NCBI GenBank assembly: GCA_003427395.1
Contig: BFEA01000042.1
Coordinates: 2,173,194-2,237,193 of the forward strand
Length of the DNA stretch: 64,000 nt
DNA from: Chara braunii
Taxonomy: Eukaryota > Plantae > Charophyceae
Reading direction: 5' to 3'
Shown: positions 38,180 to 49,900 of the stretch, piece by piece
Position numbering within the stretch: the first letter of the stretch is position 1
Layout of the letters: each line of letters opens with the position of its first letter
Made by a program: the position numbers and the translations under genes
The notes under the pieces: generated by a model
The model's database searches: none
Told to the model about the DNA's origin: nothing
What the model saw: the letters and a program-made list of their open reading frames with translations, nothing else

Positions 38180-38457
38180 CTGGCCACGACAGCAGCAGCG
38201 GCACACTCTCACACTTTCCATAGAGAAAAGTGTGAGCCCCTGGCAGAGAGATTCTGGCCTTGGCAGGCAATGCGGACATGTTGCTGCGTTGCTGCGCTAG
38301 CATCTGCATGGGCCTGCCGGTCGGACGCGGCACAGGCGCAGAGGTGAGGGGCTCTGCAAGGGCAGCGGGCACACAGCAGCCATAGTCGGGCTGCAGGGGC
38401 GCAAGGCAGGTGATGGCGAAGGTGGTCTTCGCCGACTCTTCGGGTAGGAGGCGCATG
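38180..38457 (-). CDS. Putative internal exon of an unknown host gene
   Basis: Strong polypyrimidine acceptor TCCCTTATCACCCCTCGTCTTCCCATAG|C, donor CAG|GTGTGT; 278 nt, open, GC-rich and non-repetitive (MRLLPEESAKTTF...YGKCESVPLLLSWP); phase matches both neighbours. Confidence 0.62.
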
Positions 38458-38799
38458 CTATGGGAAGACGAGGGGTGATAAGGGACGGAGAGAGAACCTA
38501 GTACCAGGCTGGTGTATGCTGGTGTTCGACATTGGTTTTGACGTCACGTACATTGGTCTTCGACTTCAGAGTGATCCAGTTGCAAGAACGTAGATAGGCT
38601 AGATAGGCTGGGCACTGGGCGCCAGCCTGTAAGTGCCACATTTTTGGATACAGTGTTGGTGTGACCAGAGAGTGGCTACATTGACATGCCAGTTCATTGT
38701 ATTCAAGTTGCTCTTATTTGTACGGTATCTTGGTGCAGCTTTGAAATCTCTGGTTGGTTCATGACTATCTCAGCTTCTTCCTGATTTTGCAACTTGGAT

Positions 38800-39155
38800 T
38801 TCTTTTTTTTTTCTTTTCTTTTTTTTTTTCAAAGTGAAGTTCTATATTTATTTATATTGCCGGAAAACGGGTCCGGCGTCCCTTACATGAACACTGCGGC
38901 CTGCAGGCTGGGGAAGGCACGCCCGGCCAATCCCATCCCGACCACAGTCCGAACTCAATCCAAGAAATCACTCTGTCTAGTCCAACATTCAAAAAGCAAG
39001 GTTAACCTATTCTAACTATTGCACCATAAAAAAGGGCCAGTTGGCTATATATGCCAGGCATGGTTTAGGCCGTGCACTGTATGGACATCAAGACATATGG
39101 CTGGCAGAATTTCTGAACCCTCCAATAGGGTAGGCACGCTTTGCCGACCCTTTTT

Positions 39156-39202
<47 letters not shown>

Positions 39203-39575
39203 TTACACCATCTACTCTGACAAACATTTCTTCCTATCTCAAACAAAACATTAACCTACGAAGCTCAACATTCAATTTTGAAGCCAACAACAACTAAAAG
39301 GCCAAATCAAAACAAAAGGAACAGGACAACCAGTGGCGCCAGAAAGCTACAGAAAGAAATTAGAAAACCGCATATTAAGGAGTATACCATCCTGGGCTGT
39401 GTCCACTGTAGCCAGTCCCGAGAAGTTTCCCCATCTGTTCCCAAACCATTTGTCAATGACCGCCTTGGCCGAGAGGCCTTTTTTCTGGACTGGATATTCC
39501 CAATCTGCCGATATTGCTTGTTTGATCGCATATTTAATTTCAGCTCTCACCATCGGCGGTGTTAAATGCTCATTC
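38800..39575 (-). mobile_element. LINE family B, 3' part (outer element of a nest)
   Basis: VRAEIKYAIKQAISADWEYPVQKKG; 3' hairpin at 38859-38882 and poly(A); continues upstream at 41590-42210. Confidence 0.85.
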
Positions 39576-39693
39576 TTTCTCTTTTTTTTTTTTTTTTTNN
39601 NNNNNNNNNNNNNNNNNNNNNNNNNNNNNNNNNNNNNNNNNNNNNNNNNNNNNNNNNNNNNNNNNNNNNNNNNNNNNNNNNNNNNNNNNNNNN

Positions 39694-41590
39694 CGGGTTC
39701 AGCGTCCCTTATACATCAATTTTCTTTTTTGGCTGCAAACCGGGTGCAGCGTCCCACAAAAAAATTGAAGGATGGGCTTGATAAGCCCTTTTGTGCCTCT
39801 TCACCCACTCTGGGCGCCAGAATTCGTGAGTACCTAGCACAAACCACAATATTTTGATAGAATTATCCATACCATGATGATGGGACCAAACAGGATCCTG
39901 GAAGAGGAAAGGGATCAGGAAATTCAGATAATGGTCTTAGGGGAATAGAAGGATCAACACAACTCCAATCATTAAAGATTAGTCTATAATTCTTTTGAAC
40001 ACAGCCAAGTAATTTCTCATGAGCTCCTTCCCACTGCACCCTCCCCAACCTCCCTCCCTGGTCCCCCCTAAGCCAGCTTTTATTGAACATTTTGATGTGA
40101 TTCAATATCTCATTTTGTTGGGAAAGATGCTGTATTTTTTCTTTTATGTTTTCCCATTTAATAATTATATCATTCTGAATATGTAGTTTAATAGAATCTG
40201 TGAAATCTGGACCATCCATTCTTTCACCTTCCATTTCATGAGTACACCTTCTAACCCATATTGCCCAAATAATTGTCCTTCTACTAATTGTAAATAAATT
40301 GTCAATAAACTCATCCTCTTGGCCAGGATGCCATGATTCTAGGAGAAGGGCTTTCCACTCCCACGGCCATGGGCAAGAGGTTCCCAGCTGGCTCCAAATC
40401 CTGTCCCACCATCGCCAAAGCCAGACCGAACCTGGGCATTGGAGGAAGATATGTTCGATCGTTTCCGAAAAAAGTTTGGACGGAAACNCAGATTTGCANA
40501 ATTTACACCAAGGAAGAGCAATACCTTTTTGTTCTNACGAAGTTTTNTCAATGATCCAGTCGTTTGTAGGAAGGCAACGGTGAGAGATTTGCCATTGCAA
40601 AGAGGCTATTTTAGCAGGTTTAGATTTACAGGAATGAAACCACTTAACTCCTCTTAGTTCTTCCTTACTAATTTCCAGATTCTTCATCCAACGATCTTCA
40701 ATGCGATCGTTAAGATTAACCTTGGGTCGAAGCATTCTGTATGTGGATTTTACTGAGAGGGTATGTAGAGATATAGAGTATGAGCGATCTTGTCTTCCTG
40801 GGCAAGACCAGGTCCAATTGATAGGATCAAAGGGTAGGTGGGATATTGGTATTTCAGGTTTAAAGGAGAGCCATTTATCGTTGACATTTAAAACTCTTAC
40901 TCTAAATAGCTGGTCAGCCTTACACCACCTGGTGTCGTCTTTAGACCTAGGAACAAGAAAACCATCCTCTTGTGAGTCCAGAATAGATATTAGAATATCT
41001 TCTGAATTACGGATCTCAATTATATTCCCCACTATTTCTTTGGAACATTGGATTGTCACCCAGTCACCAGGAAGAAATTTGGGCCCTTTCTTTAAAATTC
41101 TAACCCAGTCCAAAGGAATTAGTTCAATGATATTATCTAATGCAGACCTTTGATGATGACTGTAGCGCAATCGATCTTGAAGGTCTTGGGGAGAAAACCA
41201 GTCCTTTGTTTCTTGATTCCAAAGATCCTTAATACGTATGATTCCTCTCCTAATCCAGCTTAGCCATGGACTATTCATACCGTCAAGAACACATCCTTGA
41301 GAATCCCTAATAAATGTATTATTAAATAATGATTGTTGACAAACTTCCTCCCATCTTGTTGGAAATATTTTATCTGGTAGAGGAAGTTTCCTCCAGTTTT
41401 TCAACAATTTAATCCAAAAGGGATCTCTGCTAAGATCACTCCTAGCTGCTTGTCTCTCTAAAATTTCCAGACCATGTGGTTCCATTGAACTGCCCCTTGG
41501 CAGAGACCAAGATCGGTTCTCGAACCACATAAGTGGGTCTATTGCATCTGGGATAGGAGGAGCTAATCTCCTAATCTGTTCACAAGCAAT
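39694..41590 (-). mobile_element. LINE family A, 5'-truncated, nested inside family B
   Basis: Protein colinear with 1-1563 (DPFWIKLLKNWRKLPLPDKI, RWEEV, PWCK.C...ETIEHIFLQCP); GGGACGC-type tail at 39694-39755. Confidence 0.9.
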
Positions 41591-42210
41591 AAGGTTCCAG
41601 AGAGTCCATAAAATAACTCCTCTGATGGTCTCTTCCGCATGGGCAAATTGAATCTGTGGGGTACATCTCCTGGCAGCTGTTCCCAGGAGGATAAACTCAT
41701 CCTCCCAACGGGATTCCACAGCAGGGATCGGCACGCCCGACTGTCTCCACCAATCCCAGAATGGTCTTGAAAGATCACAGTTCAGTACAAAGTGCTGGAT
41801 ATCCTCCATCCTAGTCCTCGGACACAAACCACATTCAGGGTTAGCCTTTGCTGTTCTCCTAGCACACCAAGTATTTTGGTCGGTAGTGCCATATGCATCA
41901 ACAACGAGAGCAAGCTAGCGTGCTTGCTAACCACCAGTTCCATTAATTGCTTCCAAAAGGCCGGAAGGGCAGCCGCAAGCCTGGTTAGCGTATCCCCGAC
42001 TCATCCCGTTGCCATCCATCTTCTAGCTACCAACCAGTTAACGTCTGTATGTGGTGTCATTATCAGATATCCCTGTTTGGTTGTGTACTCATATATTCCA
42101 ACCAGGTCCTGCTCAGAGTTATGCAGCGGATGGTCCCACGCCGCCCAGTCTCTAGGGTCTACTGTCAGTGCAACTTGGATTTCTGTCTATCCCTCTGGCT
42201 CGTATTCCTT
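41590..42210 (-). mobile_element. LINE family B, zinc-finger part (5' half of the outer element)
   Basis: CPRTRMEDIQHFVLNCDLSRPFWDWW...AEETIRGVILWTLWNL; homologous to 54100-54350. Confidence 0.85.
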
Positions 42211-42836
42211 GCAAAAAAAGAAGAAACTCAATATTAATTATTAAATTAATAATTATACTCAATATTAATTATTAAATTAATAATTAGTATGTTCAGACGC
42301 GTCAGAGTTATACGACTCAGAATGATTGTATTCTGGTCATCTAATTGTGTCAAGACAATAAATGACGTTAGATTTTTTTATTTTTTTTTATTAGAATGAG
42401 TTTCGATAGATGGACCCTCCCCCTGACTGGGCTAGTGGTGTCTGCTCTTATCCGATTAGGAACCCCTAGCATCACCCCGGATTGTTTTTAAAAAAAAATA
42501 AAAATAGAACGAGTTTCAATGAGATTTTCCAAGGAAGGTGATATGAAGCCCCTCCCTCTCCCCCCCCCTAAAAAAAAAGCACCTCCGGGGCCAGGTCCCA
42601 CTTACACAGGCAGCTCAACGTTCAGCTAGCTCAATGCTGGCTCAATGCGTGTGACTTGACGCTACCTTCGAGATGCATTCGGTTGCTGCACCTGTAGCGG
42701 TTGATTTTTTCGTGTGAAAAATGAAAAGCCTTTTGTGAGTTTTTTTGGGTCACCAAAATAATAATAAGAATAATAATAATAAAATCCTTTCAGCCAAATA
42801 CAACACCCCCTACCCTCTGCCCTTTTCCTTGAGCTA

Positions 42837-42941
42837 CAGTCTTCCCCCGAATACAACGTACGTTCATTATAGCTGAATTAAGACGGAAAGATAGACGAAA
42901 TTCAGCTATAATGACCGTACTTTGTATTCGGGGGAAGACTG
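42837..42941. mobile_element. TA-flanked MITE
   Basis: TIR CAGTCTTCCCCCGAATACAA / TTGTATTCGGGGGAAGACTG; TA on both sides. Confidence 0.85.
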
Positions 42942-43469
42942 TAGCTGCCCCACTTCCCACTTGGAGAGGGGAAGTTAGCTCAATTGACATTGAGCCATCA
43001 TTACCTCCTCTCGCGAGGACCCTCTAGACAGACCTGGGAGGGCACTCTGACAGATTTGCGAGGACACTCTGACGGACGTGGGAGGACACTCTGACAGGTG
43101 TGGGAGGACACTCGTTTCTTTTGTTTGGCCGGTGAATGCACACAACCAGGAATACTGTCCGCGTTCGTTTCATGCTATATGGTGTCACTGAGGTCCCAGT
43201 CTCCAACCTTTTTTTTTTCTTTTTTTATTTTTCTTTCTTTTTTGACATGAATAGTCTCCATGTCCCTTAGAAAACATTCACAGCCCCAGATTTGCTCCCT
43301 GCTACTCCGGCCGGGTGCAAGTCCAGGCTGTAGAAACAGAACCAAACACAACCCCTCAACCGACTGTGGAAACAGGACCAAACACAATCCGTCAATGAAC
43401 CACAATCAACAAAGTAAACAAAGCCCATTCTCCAACTTGGTGCAATAGGCGGAGAGTTGTGTAGACAAA

Positions 43470-43941
43470 GGCCTCGTTAGACCCTCCTTGGGAAGACGAT
43501 TTTAAGGAATCCGGCATGGTTACACCGCATCCTAATCCACCGAATTCCTTGGATTAAGGAGGCCCAAAGTGAAAACGCTCCCGAGAGATTTCCTTGGGGA
43601 TCCTCATAATCGCCAGCCATTGCGTCCTTGAATCCAAAGGGTCCTCCTGAGGTCCCTTGGGCTCAAGGAGCCGTGATTGACGGAGAGGAGAGGACACACA
43701 CATAGTGGAGACGTTACAACGGTCGAACCGGGAGCGTGGCGACACCCTATTGGTTGAAAGCCTCAAGCACAACTGTTTATCTTTTTTTTCTTTTCTTTTT
43801 CCCCCCAAAAAGGCTCCAAGGACGAATCTCTAAGCCGACGCTCCAAGGACACGGTGTAACGATGATGCCGAAAATGATAAATTAATCAAAGGACTTCCTC
43901 CTAATTCTTGAGGATTTTCCAAGGAGGGTGTAACGAGGCCC
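43470..43941. mobile_element. GGGC-family MITE (element 1 of the TAA chain)
   Basis: TIR GGCCTCGTTAGACCCTCCTTGG / CCAAGGAGGGTGTAACGAGGCCC; TAA at 43942-43944. Confidence 0.9.
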
Positions 43942-43944
43942 TAA

Positions 43945-46900
43945 GAGGCTGATCCGACTACTACGTTTGAAGGGGAGAACCAAACAGAACCGCGTTGCTT
44001 GGCCCTGTGCCGGTCGGACCGAAAAAGCGAAATTGCATCCCACTTGCCCGGTTGGGGCGGGACTTTTTTGAAGTTCCTGCCGGGTAATCGTGGGCGGGGC
44101 ATGCAGGCCCAGCATCGAACGGACGAAAGGCGGACCACCGGTGTCGGCGCGAATACCTTTACAAGGGTATCCGCTATGTTTATTGCAAATGACAGAAAAA
44201 TGGGTTTGATCGGCATAAGTCGGGCGAGGTACGGCCGCGTCCGGGACCCGTCCCGACTAAGTTAGAGGGTATGTGGGCGCGCAGTTTTAAGGCGCGCATG
44301 TGATTTTTCTTATTGAGTGAGCGGCCGGTCTAGTCGACCGACCCGAACCGAGCTACGGTTTTGTTTAGGGGATAAAAGCTCGTTTTTGGTTGACACTCGT
44401 GACCAACGATGGGACTGGCACGTCACTAGGCACACGGGGTGGTGACGGCGCGGTCGGAGTAGGCCGGTGGCGGGTGCCGGGTGTTGGCGCGCCAGTTGCA
44501 GGTGAGAAGGGAAGGCCTAGGCTGTCGTCCCCAAGCCTAAGCATGGCGCGGCACCACTTCATATAGGAATCCGCGCCTACTGGTTCCAAGCTGGGGCATA
44601 GCCCTATGGGTTACAGCATTGGACTTTCGCTACGAAGGTACGGGGATCGAGGCTGGCAGGGCATCGGCGCAGCAGCGGCGGAGTGTCAAGGAGAGATGAG
44701 GGGGTTGAGGGCCTGTAGATGCGACTATCCACGGGGTCGGTGGGGTACCAGCAGTCCCTGACCCTTGTTAGGATTTTTTTTAATTTTATTTCATATTGTT
44801 TTGCTTTTATTATTTTTTATTATCCGCGGTCCCGTTCTGGTTCGGGGCGCGGTACCACGTTTGGCTGTTTGAGTCCTTGGGAGAGTTGTAGGTAGGACGG
44901 TGAACTCGGAAGCTGGCAAGACCAGGGGCATGCAGGAAGCACAAAGGGCGGCGCCCGCCCCCTCTCCCGTTAGTAGGCCGAGGGTAGAAGGGGCCGAACG
45001 GCCGGGGGTATCGCCACGGGGCATTTCCTCGGTCGGGCCTTTGGAGCCTGAGTGTTACGAAGGGGAGTGGTATCGCGCCGGCAGACGGATGGGGCGTATA
45101 AAGCAGGGACGGTCCGACAGCCGGGCACTTTTTCCTTCCGAAAAAGTTGAGTGTTGTCGGACCGCACGGTGCCGGGATATCGAGATGACGACAACACCCT
45201 TTGGGCAGGCAAGCGCAGGCGGAGGGGAGGGAACCGAACGGATCCGGACTGGAGAGCGGGCCGGGTGCATACGGGCTAAAATCGGAGATGGTGGAGGGAA
45301 GGCGGGGCACAGGCTGAAATGCGTGAGGCCCTTGCTTCTCAGTGGAACTGAGTGGGGAGAAAGATAAGATGGGGGTTTTGGGGCGGGGCGCGTCCATTTT
45401 TTATGTTAGTTTTAGTAGAGGGATAGTTAGTTAGAAGGTAGAAGGGAAAGCTGGTGCGCCAAGACATGGCGGGAGAGGAGTTCAAGCGCAACTAAGAATG
45501 TGTAGCATACTCGATCCCCTTCAGAACCAGGTAAGGGGAGCTGTTAGGAAGGGGTGTTAAGGGTGGGCGACACCGAACTCGAAGTCGGATTGGCCCGACA
45601 ATCAGTAGGGAAGGGGATTTTAAGAAAAGCGGTGCGCGGTGCTGACGGGAGCGTGGGCTATGGCGGAGGAAGGTAGGAGTGACGGGGTTTCGGTCGCCGT
45701 CTAGCCGATTCCGACGAGAGAAGATCCTATACTAAGGCTTTGGGGTGAGGCGAGTAGGGTGGTGAGGGCAGATTAGGAGTTGGAGTGGTGTGGGTGGCGG
45801 TGCGTTGCGAGGAGGCTGCACGAGGAAGGGGGGCGTTTTAGCGGGGGGGTGTATCCGCCCACGTTCTAGTGGTGGGTTCACTCAATCCTTGCTAAAGCGA
45901 GAAACGGAGTAATAGAGAGGGCGTTGCGCCGGGGAGCGAGCTACGGAGGGGAGTGCACTTGGATGCTATCTGCGCCCGGGTTTGTACGCAAGTCGTCACG
46001 GAGAAGAGAATGACGGTAGGGACTGGGGGATGAGGTAGAGGGAGAGTGCAAGGCAGAGTGAGGTTGAACGAGGGCGGTAGTGGGAAGGAAAAAGGGGGGG
46101 GTGAACCCGGCGCGAATCCTCGCCAGGATACATGCACGCGAGGAGACTACAGGGAGGAGGCTGTCACTGTGGCTTGTGAAGGGCATGAGAGGAAAGTCGT
46201 TGGCTGTGACGATCGTGGTCTGACTACTGCTACGGCAGCCCGTTGGAGCTACTAACGGGTGTGGCATGCTCCGCCGGGCGTTGTGTGTATCTTAGTTGAG
46301 ACAGCGGTCCGGGGTGCTCAGTTGGAGGTCACCCTGCGACCGGTCTTACCTGGGCTCGCTGCTAAAGTCGTTGTCGTGACTGTCGTGAAGTGCTAAGGGT
46401 GCTGCAGGTTGGTGCACTATTGGAACGCGGCCGCTAGGGTCGTAGGACGGCGACCTCGAGGGGGGGGCTGGTGTGAAAGGACCAGCTAAATAACAAGGAG
46501 GGTCGCAGGAAGGATCAACAGCGCAAAAATGAGTACTGGCTGACCAAGTTGTTGCGCCGTCTGATCACCATTGTCGGACTATTGGCCCTGTTGCTAGCTG
46601 TGTTCACAGCCAACCGTATTTCTGATCCTTGGCCCGTATTTCGAGTGGTAACCAAGGCTTATCAGACCACAAGTATTGGAACGGGGCTGGAGTTGTTGCA
46701 GGAGGAATGTTGCGGGCGGGAGGAGTGGCGGGAAGTCAAATGATTGATAGACCAGCGACAGTTGACCAGGTACTACTGTGAATTGGCCGCCATTGCGGGG
46801 CCCTCAGGCGCACGAAGGTATCAAGGTCCTCTCACGTGAGTCTAAGCGCACCCCTCCTGTATCTGAGAGACTAAACGCTTCTCCTTCTGCCCTTCTTCCT

Positions 46901-49900
46901 CTAAGTCTAGTCTGTTGGTTCTGAGAGGAAAGGTGGCAGGCGGGATTGCAACCCGTAATCCGCGCCAAGGCCTCTGTGGGAGGATCGCCCCACCGATTGC
47001 GGGTGCTCTGCCGGAGCCTAGGGGAGGCTCTGGAGGCAGGGAATTGAGAGGTAACCATCCTTTTCCCTCTATATACCCTGACATAACCCCTACTTGTACG
47101 TCTTGCTATGTTTTACTGAGTGTACTGCATGCACCCCTACTGTGACTTTGGCTTGACTGACATGACACAACTCAGATTAAGTAAAGGAATGTGTGCGCAA
47201 TCTTAGTTTCGGTTTTTATTGATTGCCTGAAGGCAGATTGTGAACACAAGGGGTTGCATCTGGGGGAAGGGTGGGTGAAAGGTGATTTTGCTTGAGCTTG
47301 AATGGGTCCTATGGGGTCAGACCAGTTCCATAAGATTGGACGGCCTGACCGTTGTGTTTTATTTTTGAATTGCATGGAGAGTCAGACCAGTTTCATAAGA
47401 TTGGACGGCCTGATTGCTCTGAATTGTGAGGGTTTGACTGTGGCTGACTCTTCAGGGGCCAAACCTGTACCATAAGATTGGAGGGTTTGGTTGCCGTGTT
47501 TGATTGCGGTTTGTTCTGTTTCTTTTGTTTTTGATCGAGGAGGCATAAGCAAGTCCATAAGATTGGACGGCTCAGCCCCTTCCTGTTTTTATGCTGAGGG
47601 GATAATTTGTGCTGAGGGCAGGGCATGTCCATAAGATTGGACGGCCTTGGAATCATGCCATACACAGTGGATCAGAGAGAAACGAATCTCACAAAGGACC
47701 AGATATGTCCATAAGATTGGACGGTCTGGCTCAATGCCACGCACATGTTGGAACCCAAAAGGTTAAATTTTGGTTATATTTTATACTATCCTATCTATGA
47801 ACAGGCTAGCCAGGCATGGGTTCCATAAGATTGGACGGTCTGGTTATAACTTATTATGAAATGAAGAGAGTATAACTAAGAGTATAATTGAAGGTAACCC
47901 TGGGCAGGCTAGGCCTTGTTCTAAGATGAACGACTCAGTCCTATGCCCAACTTTTGAACACCAAGCTCAGAGAGGTATATATAATTTGGATATTAAACAG
48001 TTTAGGGCGGCTGAGCCTTGTTCTAAGATGAACGGCTTAGTCATATGCCGAAAAGGAAGAGAGAAGTAGTTGTGCAACCTGTTCGTGTATAGTCAATGGT
48101 TGGGTCAGGCGAGTTCCATAAGATTGGACAGCTTGACTCTATGCCCTATGTAAGCTGGGTATCAGGGGATAAAGCATCGAGAGATTACGAACTATTGTTT
48201 GTAAAGTTTGACTTGGGGTGGCGAGAGTACTTACCTTTGTAGTTTGGCCTGCATGAGACTGAGTGAGGCTACTACTTGGTGTGAGTCTCAGGTTGACAGG
48301 TAGTTGCTTTAGAGGCTCGCCTCGTGCTAGAACGATAAGAGTTAGGTCAATTCCTGCATTTTCTGAGCTAAGTTTTTTTACTTTTTCTGGGATCTTTTGT
48401 CATACTTGGCGTTGTATAAATTTTGGTAAGTTACTTTCCCTATGGGAAGCGCTGCTGAAATTTCTACAAATTCAGGGAGTTAGTCAAATTTTGACTTGTC
48501 AATGTTCAACTTGTCTAAAGTCTATGTATGACTTAGTAAAAATCAGGAAAGTCTCCTTTTCTAAAGGGAGTGCTGCCCAAATTTTTGCTAATTCAGGGAG
48601 TTGGACAAAATTGGACTTTGGAAAGCCAAAGGCTATTTCTGTTTTTCAAATTTGGGCTGATATAAATTCTGAAAAGACACTTTTCTAACGGGAAGCGCTG
48701 TCAAAATTTTTCTTGATTTAGAGGAGTTGTATTATATTTTGACAAGAGGTGATTCTGGCGGCGATCCACCCTGAATAGGGGAGATTCTGCCATTAGTCTA
48801 CCTTTGCTTTGGGCGCTGGCGTAGAGGTAGGCTTAGACTTAGTTGGCACATAGCTATAAGTGAGGATGTACTATGGAGGTTCATCCCCATAGGCTGATGT
48901 TTTAGTTTGGGACTTGACCTCTCTCATGGTACAGGCCTTTCTTGGACATTCAATTCAGGATTTCGGCTAGCGTCAGCTTGATCCTACGAGGATCGCCTTC
49001 TGTTATCACTGATAACAGGTTGGTTGTCGATTCGTCGGTCTACGACTCAATTCCAACTCACTCATCACACCCAACCTAAAAGGCTTTAGCCCGGTGACTT
49101 TATTGTTTGTTGAGGGTTTCACCCGGACTTTTATTGAATGGCCATTTAACAAAGGTACAAAGTATTTAATTATGGTTGGTTGGGCGGGAGATTGGGGCTT
49201 GCGTGGCTAAAGCAAGGGGTATGAGTGTGGAGATTGGTTAGGGTTGACTCCGTGTAGTGCGTGGTTGCTGCTCGATTCTTTGATGTGATTGCAGGTAGAC
49301 CTTGTGGCTCGGATTTGGATTTGGGGTTGCCTGTGATCTCATATACGTACTTATGGCTGTAAGAAGTCCCACAGTGCCCGCGAGCAGTGATCGTCGTAAC
49401 TTTATCTTCCTTATGTGTGTATGCTTGGGTGTATTTACTGTGGGGGCTCGCGAGGCCGGGGCCGCGATTACCACATATGACTGGCATCGTTGGTCGGTAT
49501 GGGACTGCCCAGCAGCCGCACGACCTTATGTAGAAATCCTGCGTGCGATGCTTCACCGCCCCAACGCCCAGAGGTTATGGGATCGGGAGGCTTGCACGTA
49601 GACGCAAACGCTTGAGGTCATTGTAGGCCGTGGGCATCACCCAAGGAGAGAGAGGGTACCCCCAAGAGATCGTGACCCTGGCTGGAATAAGAGGGGGTCT
49701 TCGGCCCATTCGTCTTCTTTTTAGGGTTTTTATGGTTGGACGTTGTAGTCTGTGGCAACCGTCAAAGTCAAACCCCTTGATGTTTGACCGCCACGACAGC
49801 TTAAAGTTGTCTACTCGAACCCCTCTGCACAGGGTGCAGAAGAGGGTGTGGTTTTCAACCGCGCATGGCGGTTGTCCAGCGCCGAGAGATTAACCCTCAA

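Noticed and set aside
43942-43944. 5-bp CTAAG TSD for the GGGC MITEs
   Set aside because: Copies at 18209, 22695 and 36737 match only over 3 bp (TTT, AAA, TAA).
47315-48139. CRISPR array
   Set aside because: Eukaryotic context, no cas genes, only a ~16-bp conserved core, irregular 65-114 bp period, and flanks that pair within each unit.
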